Shown in pieces: positions 57,285-64,000 of a stretch of DNA of 64,000 nucleotides. The DNA is taken from contig CAWEZH010000002.1 in NCBI GenBank assembly GCA_963813535.1, forward strand, positions 768,001 to 832,000, given 5' to 3'. Both the position numbers and the translations under genes were made by a program. The notes below the pieces were generated by a model, which was given only the letters and a program-made list of their open reading frames with translations, ran no database searches and was not told where the DNA came from. This stretch comes from an uncultured Chloroflexia bacterium (GTDB lineage: Bacteria; Chloroflexota; Limnocylindria; Limnocylindrales; CSP1-4). Position 1 is the first letter of the stretch, and each line of letters begins with the position of its first letter.

Positions 57285-58577
57285 TCAGGGTAGCATCGGG
57301 TGTCCAGCCCGGGCAACCGAACGGGACCCGCGCTCGCTCGCACCGGCCCAGAACGACGTCTGTTCGCCGACCAGTGTGCCGGCTGGTCGGTAGCGGCCGT
57401 GGGCTCCGCTCGCAAGGCCTCGTCGCTGCAGCAGCGTGAGCGCGGCGAGCACTGTCGCGACGGGGAGATCCGTCATCGCCACGAGCTCATCGACCGTCGC
57501 GTGGCCCGCCAGCAACTCGCGAGCGATGGCTCGCTCCGTGCGGCCGAGCTCGCGCGTGGACGCTGCGGACAAGGCGTCACGGCCAGGCTGCCGCTCCCCG
57601 CTGAAGCCGAGGTCCGCGATGAGCTGCGGGATGCCCGCGACCAGATGGGTCACCTCGGCGAACTCGCGCAGGAATGAGAGGCTGCCGGCCGACGCCCGGC
57701 TGTCGATGGGCCCCGGGACGAGGAAGCAGCCCCTGCCCTGCTCGAGCGCCCACGACGCCGTGATCAGCGCACCGGAGCTCGCCGGCGCCTCGACGACGAC
57801 CGTCGCGTCCGTCAGCCCGCTGATGATCCGGTTGCGCCGAGGGAAGGTCCCGCGTGACGCGGCGACGTCCGGTGCAAGCTCCGAGACCACTGCGCCGCCA
57901 CCCTCGATGATGGCCTCACCCAGGCGGCGGTGCGCCGGCGGACCGACCGTCGCGTGCCCGCCGCCGATGACCGCCACCGTGGTGCCACCCGCCCGAAGGG
58001 TCGCCTCGTGCGCGGCACCGTCGATGCCGAAGGCCAGGCCCGACACGACGGCCGCGTCGGCGGCGACCAACGCCGTGGCGATCCGCGCCGCCGTCGCGCG
58101 ACCAGCGGCCGTCGCTCGGCGCGTGCCGACGACGGCGACCGCTCGGTCCCTCGCGAGCGCGCCGTGCGGACCGCGCAGGTACAGCACGTGCGGTGGCATG
58201 GCGATCGCCGCGAGGCGCATCGGGTAGCTCGGCTCCTCGACGGTCAGGATGCGAACGTCGAGCGCACGGATCCGGGCGGTGATCCGCCCGGCATCCTGGG
58301 ACGCGTCCGCGATGGCGATGGCGACACGCTCGCTGATCGGCCGCTCACGGATCCCGATCTCCGACGCCGGGGTCGCCGCGAGCCGCTCGACTGCGCCGGG
58401 TCCGGCCGCGCTTGCCAGCACGTCCAGCGCGGTGCCATAGGTCGTCAGGAGAGCGGAGAAGCCGATCGGCCCGAGGCCATGGACCGAGGCCAGCACGGCC
58501 CAGGCATCGCGCTCCGGCGCGTATGGGTCGGGTCCGGTCGGTGGGACGTCGTCCGCTCGCGTCCCGATGCCGATCAC
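57285..58577 (-). CDS. dprA: DNA-processing protein DprA
   Basis: YPMRL..I..PP.VLY.RG, VAVVGTR, VSGLAFGIDGAAH, FPRRNRIISGL, VVEA...SGALITA; C-terminal winged helix. Confidence 0.94.
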   Translation of the reverse strand: MIGIGTRADDVPPTGPDPYAPERDAWAVLASVHGLGPIGFSALLTTYGTALDVLASAAGPGAVERLAATPASEIGIRERPISERVAIAIADASQDAGRITARIRALDVRILTVEEPSYPMRLAAIAMPPHVLYLRGPHGALARDRAVAVVGTRRATAAGRATAARIATALVAADAAVVSGLAFGIDGAAHEATLRAGGTTVAVIGGGHATVGPPAHRRLGEAIIEGGGAVVSELAPDVAASRGTFPRRNRIISGLTDATVVVEAPASSGALITASWALEQGRGCFLVPGPIDSRASAGSLSFLREFAEVTHLVAGIPQLIADLGFSGERQPGRDALSAASTRELGRTERAIARELLAGHATVDELVAMTDLPVATVLAALTLLQRRGLASGAHGRYRPAGTLVGEQTSFWAGASERGSRSVARAGHPMLP

Positions 58578-58579
58578 GG

Positions 58580-60151
58580 TCAGGATGCCAGGGCGCCGAC
58601 GCGCGTCTCGATGGGCGACCGGTACCAGGCAGCCTCCTCGAGATGCGCGGCCTCGACCGCGGTCGCACCCTCGAGATCCGCGATCGTGCGGGCGACGCGC
58701 AGTAGGCGCTCCGTGCCGCGACCGCTCGCGAACTCCGCCTCGGCGAGCTCCGTGACCCGGCGCGCCGCGACCTCCGATAGCCGGCAGGCTCGTCGAAGCT
58801 GCCGCCCGCGGAGCTGCCCGTTCGCCCGACCACGGTCGAGCGTGGCTTGGGCGCGTGCCGCAGCAATCCGTGGCGCGACGGTCGCCGAGTCCTCCGGCTC
58901 CGTACCGACGACGAGTGTGGCGGCCGGCACCCGTGGAAGCGCGACCCACAGGTCGATCCGATCGCGCAGCGGTCCGGATACCCGCCTGCCGTAGTGATCG
59001 ATCTCTCCGATCGTGCACCTGCAGCGATCCTCGGGATACGACCCGGCGAACCCGCACGGACACGGGTTCATCGCCGCGATCAGCTGGAAGCGCGCCGGAA
59101 AGGTCATCACGCGGCCGGCGCGCGCGATCAGGATCCGTCCCTCCTCGAGCGGCTGACGGAGCGCCTCAAGGACGTCGCGGTCGAACTCGGCCAGCTCATC
59201 AAGGAACAGGACCCCATGGTGGGCCTTGGTGATCTCGCCCGGGGTGAGCGTCGGGCCGCCGCCGACCATCGCGGCGTACGACAGCGTGTGGTGCGGCGTC
59301 CGGAAGGGCGGCCGGCGACGCAGGGCGGAGAGCGGGCCCTCCCCGGCCGCCGAGGCGACGATCGAGACGCCGAGCGCCGCCGCGTCGTCGAGTGGCGGCA
59401 GCAGGCCTGGGATCGTCCGCGCCAGCATGGTCTTGCCCACGCCAGGGGGACCGGTCATCAGGAGCCCGTGCCCGCCGGCGAGCGCGATCTCGAGGGCCCG
59501 CCGCGCCTGGGCCTGCCCACGGACATCGGCGAGGTCCGGCGTGGCTTCGGCCCGGGATGTCGCAGGAGAAGGCGGGTCGGTGTCGTGCCCCGTCGGACCG
59601 GCGATCGTGACCCGCGGCATCGCGATCGGGGCCCGCCGCGGTCGCTTCCCGCGGACCATCTCGGCCGCCTCGGCCAGCGTCGCTGCACCGACGACCTCCA
59701 TCCCATCCACCAGCCGCCCCTCGTCCACCGCGGCCGGCGCGACCACGACCCGGCCGATCCGCCGCGCGGCCACGGCGACGACCATGGGCAGGATCCCGGG
59801 GACGGGCCGCACCTCCCCATCGAGCCCGAGCTCGCCGAGGAGCGCCACGGCGTCCGGTCCGGCGCGCACCTGCTCGGACCCGAGCAGGATGCCGATGGCG
59901 ATCGCCAGATCGAGCGATGCGCCGGTCTTGCGCAGCTCCGCGGGTGCGAGATTGACCGTCAATCGCCGCGGCGGGAAGACGAAGCCGGCATTCCTGATCG
60001 CGCCGCGGACGCGTTCGCGTGCCTCCTGGATCGCCGTGTCACCCAGACCCACGAGCGTGAAGCCGGGCAGCCCGGGCGCGACGTCGACCTCGACGCGGAT
60101 CGACCGACCGTCGAGACCGTACAGCGTGGCGGATGGGACGACGGCCAGCAC
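58580..60151 (-). CDS. comM: YifB/ComM Mg-chelatase-like AAA+ ATPase
   Basis: VEVDV..GLP.F..VGL, EARERVR, VNLAPA, GELGLDG, GPPGVGKT, PFRTPHH, PGEITKAH.GVLFLDE, AAMNPCPCG, SGPL.DRID. Confidence 0.94.
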   Translation of the reverse strand: MLAVVPSATLYGLDGRSIRVEVDVAPGLPGFTLVGLGDTAIQEARERVRGAIRNAGFVFPPRRLTVNLAPAELRKTGASLDLAIAIGILLGSEQVRAGPDAVALLGELGLDGEVRPVPGILPMVVAVAARRIGRVVVAPAAVDEGRLVDGMEVVGAATLAEAAEMVRGKRPRRAPIAMPRVTIAGPTGHDTDPPSPATSRAEATPDLADVRGQAQARRALEIALAGGHGLLMTGPPGVGKTMLARTIPGLLPPLDDAAALGVSIVASAAGEGPLSALRRRPPFRTPHHTLSYAAMVGGGPTLTPGEITKAHHGVLFLDELAEFDRDVLEALRQPLEEGRILIARAGRVMTFPARFQLIAAMNPCPCGFAGSYPEDRCRCTIGEIDHYGRRVSGPLRDRIDLWVALPRVPAATLVVGTEPEDSATVAPRIAAARAQATLDRGRANGQLRGRQLRRACRLSEVAARRVTELAEAEFASGRGTERLLRVARTIADLEGATAVEAAHLEEAAWYRSPIETRVGALAS

Positions 60152-60208
60152 GCCGCCACCCTAATGACGGCCACTCATCGCGGACGTATCAGGTGATCAC
60201 CCGGGACG

Positions 60209-60231
60209 AAACCACCCGCTGCGCGGGCGAT
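60209..60231 (-). terminator. Putative terminator hairpin after the CpaE-like gene
   Basis: Minus strand ATCGCCCGC-GCA-GCGGGTGGT followed by a short T run. Confidence 0.35.
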
Positions 60232-60246
60232 CAGGGGCGGAACGCC

Positions 60247-61416
60247 CTAGCGCGCCGCCACCGGCTGCGCCTGCGCGGCGACCGCGACCTTGTCGACGGC
60301 GCGCACGAACGCCAGCACCGACGCACCCAATGGCGAGTCGGCCTTGGTGAACATGAACGGGGCGCCCGAGTTGAGGGCACTGATCGCGCCGCGGTACTCG
60401 TTCACGACCTGATGGTCGATCGTCCGGCGCAGTGCACCCTCGGCGTTCTTGACGTTGATGCCGGTGAACGCATTCGAGCGGTTGAGGACGAGCTGGACCT
60501 TGTCCTTCTCGTACCCGAGGTGGTTCATGGTCTCGAGGATCAGCCGCACGTTCTTGAGGCACGACAGGTCCGCTGTCATGACCACGAAGACCGACTCTGC
60601 GGCCTCGAAGACCCCGAGGTTGATGTCGTCGAGCCGCTTGTCGACGTCGACGAGGATGTAGTCGTACATCGAGGTCAGCTGGTCGGTGATGAACGGCAAG
60701 TGCTCCGGCCGGACCAGTTCGGCGGTCTCGGGCGACGGCGGCGCGAGCAGCAGGTCGACCCCGGAGTCGTGCTTCACGATGACGTTCCGGATCAGGTCCG
60801 CATCGATCGACGGTGCCGTGACGATGTCGACGATGCTCTTGCGGTCGAGCCCGAGGTCGAGGAAGACACGGTGATCGCCGAACTGGAGGTTGCCGTCGAC
60901 CAGGCAGACCTTGCGGCCCAGCTCGCGGTGGAGGGCGATGGCCGCATTGATAGCGATGGTCGTCGTACCGACGCCGCCCTTCGCGCCGTAGAACGCGAGG
61001 ATGCGCCCCATCGGTGGCCGGGCAAGGAGCGCGTCACGCGGCGCGAACCGGGCAAGCAGGCTCTTGATGCGAGCAAGCAGCTCGGCCGGGTGAAACGGCT
61101 TGATGAGGTAGTCGTCGGCCCCGGCCCGCAGGCCGCGAACCTTCTGCTCCACCTCGCGCTCGGCCGTGAGCATGATGATCGGCACGTGCGACGTGCCCGA
61201 TTCCTCGCCGCGGATCTTCGTCGCGACCTGGTACCCGTCGAGCTTGGGCAGCATGACGTCGAGCAGGACGAGATCGGGCGCTTCTGCACCCCACAAACGA
61301 AACCCTTCGGCGCCGTCCCCTGCGATGACGACGTCATAGCCTTCCTGCTTGAGCGTGTACTGCAGGAGTCGCTGGACGTTCGGATCGTCATCGACGACGA
61401 GGATCTTTGCTGCCAT
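60247..61416 (-). CDS. Receiver domain fused to a CpaE/TadZ-like (MinD/ParA) ATPase
   Basis: ILVVDDD..LLDVMLP..IIMLTA..GADDYLIKPF; deviant Walker A GAKGGVGTTT, LVDGNLQFGD, LLAPPSP, LVLNR, ALNSGAPF. Confidence 0.85.
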   Translation of the reverse strand: MAAKILVVDDDPNVQRLLQYTLKQEGYDVVIAGDGAEGFRLWGAEAPDLVLLDVMLPKLDGYQVATKIRGEESGTSHVPIIMLTAEREVEQKVRGLRAGADDYLIKPFHPAELLARIKSLLARFAPRDALLARPPMGRILAFYGAKGGVGTTTIAINAAIALHRELGRKVCLVDGNLQFGDHRVFLDLGLDRKSIVDIVTAPSIDADLIRNVIVKHDSGVDLLLAPPSPETAELVRPEHLPFITDQLTSMYDYILVDVDKRLDDINLGVFEAAESVFVVMTADLSCLKNVRLILETMNHLGYEKDKVQLVLNRSNAFTGINVKNAEGALRRTIDHQVVNEYRGAISALNSGAPFMFTKADSPLGASVLAFVRAVDKVAVAAQAQPVAAR

Positions 61417-61439
61417 CTGGCCTCCCAGAGCATGAACGC

Positions 61440-61482
61440 GGGACTACCGGGTCGCCGACAGCCCCCCGGCGCGGCGATTATA
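61440..61482 (-). promoter_or_regulatory. Consensus TATAAT -10 box (overlapping the upstream stop) and an 11-bp leader hairpin
   Basis: TATAAT at 61477-61482; GGGGCUGUCGG-CGAC-CCGGUAGUCCC with G-U pairs at 61440-61465; SD GGGAGG. Confidence 0.55.
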
Positions 61483-62494
61483 GGTCGCGTCCCCCGCCGC
61501 GCAGATCGTCGTCTCGTGACGCACGGATCGCCATGCGCAGGAAGTCCATGACGCGGCGCTCATAGTCCTGCCCCACCGTAGCGTGTGCCTGGCTGTGATC
61601 GGCGCCCGGAACGACCCACTGCTGCGCTGCTGGGCCCGCCGCCGCGGCGAGCCTGCGACCGTCCTCCAGGGGCACCGTGGTGTCCGCCTCGCCGTGGATG
61701 AGGAGGAGTGGGACCGGCTCCACGAGCCCGATGACGCGGGCGGGCTCGGTCTCACGCGGGTCCGCGCCGAGCTTTCGGGCAGCGGCATCGAAGATGCGCC
61801 GCGTGACGACACGGCGGAATGGGATCGACAGACGGTTGGCGACGGGGATCTCGACCTCCGGCGCCGCCGAATCGGCGACGATCGCCACGATCAGCGGCCG
61901 AGGTGGATCGATCTCGGCGCGGGTGGTGTCCGGCTGCGAGTCGGCCGCCGACAGCGTCCCGTCCCCGAGGACGGCGACCGAGGTGATCGCGGCCATCCCG
62001 CCCATCGAGGTCCCGAAGAGCGCGACGCGACGGATCCCGCGTTCTCCGAGCCAGGCGAGGGCACCGGCGACGTCCTCGACCTCGAGCATCCCGAACGTGG
62101 ATGGTCCCGGGTCCGAATCGCCATGCCCACGGAAATCGATCCCGAGGACGTTCGCCGTGCGCCGCAGGAACGGTCCGTATTCGACGAGGTCCGGCGCGAC
62201 CGAACCGGTGTAGCCGTGGAGCAGGAGGATCGCCTCGTGCGGATCGGTCGTCCAGTCGCCCTCGCCGTCGCCGCTCTCGGCGGGTAGCCAGCGGCCGGCG
62301 ATGCGCAGCCCGTCGCGCGACCGGAACCGGACGACCTCACCGCCGAGTGCATCGAGCTGGTCGCCGAGCGCGGCCTCGTCGGGTCCTACTCGGGGCGCAT
62401 CAAGGAGGCGATCCGCGGCACGGCCGCCGATCGCCCGCAGACCCACGACCGAGACCGTCATTGCTCCAAGCCCCGTTGCGATCCGCCCGATCAC
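61478..62494 (-). CDS. Alpha/beta-fold hydrolase
   Basis: LLHGY, DFRGHGDS, GTSMGG nucleophile elbow, LIHGEADTTVP, GADH. Confidence 0.9.
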   Translation of the reverse strand: MIGRIATGLGAMTVSVVGLRAIGGRAADRLLDAPRVGPDEAALGDQLDALGGEVVRFRSRDGLRIAGRWLPAESGDGEGDWTTDPHEAILLLHGYTGSVAPDLVEYGPFLRRTANVLGIDFRGHGDSDPGPSTFGMLEVEDVAGALAWLGERGIRRVALFGTSMGGMAAITSVAVLGDGTLSAADSQPDTTRAEIDPPRPLIVAIVADSAAPEVEIPVANRLSIPFRRVVTRRIFDAAARKLGADPRETEPARVIGLVEPVPLLLIHGEADTTVPLEDGRRLAAAAGPAAQQWVVPGADHSQAHATVGQDYERRVMDFLRMAIRASRDDDLRGGGRDL

Positions 62495-63108
62495 CCGGCC
62501 GCCCCGGCCCGCCCGGCCGCGCGGGGCGCCGCCTCGAGCGCCTCGAACACGATCCGGCTCCACGTCTCCAGATGGTCGGAGCCGGCCGCGACCTCGGTGG
62601 GACTGGCAAATGCCCCCGACAGCTTGTCGGTCTCCCGGACCAGCACGGACCGTCCTTCGGCCTCGGCAAGCACCACGACGCCGAGGTGGACGGCTCCGAC
62701 ATCGGTGGTGTCGTCGTTGAGCAGCGCATACGGGGTGAACACGGGCTCGAAGTCCGCCACGAGCTCCTCGTGCCATTCCCGGCGCAGCCCGCCGGCCAGC
62801 CCCTCGTCGCCGGGGTCGACGTGGCCGCCGACCCCGATCGACCATCGATCGTGCAGTCGCGGGTCGGCCCCGGCCCTGGTGCGACGCATCAGGAAGTAGT
62901 CCTCCCCGTCGCGCAGCACGAGGTACGGGATGATCTGCTTGAACGACGGATCGCGTTCCATCTCGGCGCGTGGCTCGTACCGGCCGTGCTCGGCGACGAC
63001 GTCCAGGAACGCGTCCAGGTCGGCCGTGCGAAGGCCGTACCACGATGCGTCGTCGGGCACGAGACGACGTGGGACGACGAGGACACGCTCGTTGTCGGGG
63101 ACGCTCAT
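62491..63108 (-). CDS. NUDIX-fold phosphoesterase (YmaB/COG4112-like)
   Basis: R.EMERDPSFKQIIPY, RLHDRWSIGVGGHV, RE..EEL, NDD...VG.VHLG, RETDKL. Confidence 0.82.
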   Translation of the reverse strand: MSVPDNERVLVVPRRLVPDDASWYGLRTADLDAFLDVVAEHGRYEPRAEMERDPSFKQIIPYLVLRDGEDYFLMRRTRAGADPRLHDRWSIGVGGHVDPGDEGLAGGLRREWHEELVADFEPVFTPYALLNDDTTDVGAVHLGVVVLAEAEGRSVLVRETDKLSGAFASPTEVAAGSDHLETWSRIVFEALEAAPRAAGRAGAAG

Positions 63109-63983
63109 CGTCCCGTGGAGTCCAGCCGCTCGCGGGCCTGCTGGAGCCGCTCCGCGACCGCAGCGCGACTCGGCTCGCCGTCGAGTTCGAGGTCGGCCAG
63201 CCATCCTTCGAGGACCTCGACGAGGGCGCGGATGCGGGCAGCGACCGGGCCACTGTTCGTCGTCACCATCCCTGTCCCCATCTCGATATCGCCTCGCGCC
63301 AGGCGGGTCATGTCGCGCCAGCCCGAGGCGGACAGCTGCGCCGCTGTCGTCCAGCCGTCGCGCGTCGCGCCCATCGGTCCGGCGACTGACTCGACCAGCG
63401 CTGCTGCAACGACCAGCGGCAGGTGGGAGATCCCGGCGACGGCCTCGTCATGCTCCTCTGCGCCGAGGCGGAGCGGTCGCGCCCCGACGGCCCGGGCAAG
63501 GTCCTCGACACGCTGGACCGCCGCCTCGTCGGCGGTCGGCACCACGACCCACGGTCGTCCGTCGAACAGGTCGGGCCGTGCGGCGTCGTAGCCGCTCGTC
63601 TCGCGACCCGCCATCGGGTGGCCGCCGACGAACCGCAGCCCCAGCTCGGCAGCCCGGGCGACGATCGCCACTTTCGAGCTCGCCACGTCGGTGATCACGG
63701 CGTCCTGGCTGATCGCCGACCGCCACGGACCGGCCAGCTGGTCGAGCTGCGCCAGACAGACCGGGGCAGGTCCCGCCAGGACGATGAGGTCGGCGCCGTC
63801 GATGGCGACCTCGGGGGAGGCTGCCGCCTCGTGGATCATCCCGTCCCGCGCAGCCGTCGCGGGACCATGACCCCTCGGCGACCACGCCGCGATCCTGGCG
63901 TCGGCGTTCGCCGTGCCTCGCTCGCGGAGCGCGCGGACGATCGACCCGCCGATCAGACCCAACCCCAGCAGAGCGATACGCAT
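63105..63983 (-). CDS. tyrA: Prephenate/arogenate dehydrogenase
   Basis: GLGLIGGS Rossmann motif, TDVASSK, FVGGHPMAGRE, HDEAVAGISHLP, GWRDMTRLA. Confidence 0.93.
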   Translation of the reverse strand: MRIALLGLGLIGGSIVRALRERGTANADARIAAWSPRGHGPATAARDGMIHEAAASPEVAIDGADLIVLAGPAPVCLAQLDQLAGPWRSAISQDAVITDVASSKVAIVARAAELGLRFVGGHPMAGRETSGYDAARPDLFDGRPWVVVPTADEAAVQRVEDLARAVGARPLRLGAEEHDEAVAGISHLPLVVAAALVESVAGPMGATRDGWTTAAQLSASGWRDMTRLARGDIEMGTGMVTTNSGPVAARIRALVEVLEGWLADLELDGEPSRAAVAERLQQARERLDSTGR

Positions 63984-64000
63984 CGGCGCGAGTATCGCAG

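Overview
High-GC (roughly 70%), gene-dense bacterial core-chromosome window with almost all genes on the minus strand and many ATGA/GTGA/TGATG stop-start overlaps. Gene content and protein style suggest a Chloroflexota genome, possibly class Limnocylindria; this is inference. In transcription order (high to low coordinates): tyrA, NUDIX, alpha/beta hydrolase, receiver-CpaE ATPase, comM, dprA, Ig-CAP protein, hypothetical, topA-xerC-murJ-femABX x2-murE, rel, hisS, SemiSWEET, aspS, EamA, typA, lysyl-oxidase/SLH protein, PQQ sugar dehydrogenase, iscS-mnmA, alaS-(FtsA-like actin ATPase)-(membrane-anchored baseplate-J-like protein)-ruvX-mltG-M24 peptidase, efp-xseA-xseB, dxs, channel, tlyA-nadK-recN-xerD, scpA-scpB-rluB-cmk-plsC-ispH-der. 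I saw no tRNA, rRNA, CRISPR array, IS or prophage. The best candidate for an undescribed system is an orphan FtsA-like ATPase coupled to a bitopic STAS-like/baseplate-J-like protein inside the alaS-ruvX-mltG operon. Other notable points: -10 boxes 6-9 nt before about 18 start codons (leaderless transcription), a lysyl oxidase fused to S-layer-homology-like repeats, an Arg32-type EF-P, two small membrane ORFs missing from the ORF track, an 8-codon relay ORF leading into a CTG start, candidate RNA switches, and a 1-nt frameshift in der that is probably a sequencing error. All family assignments come from motif recognition by eye; no database searches were run.
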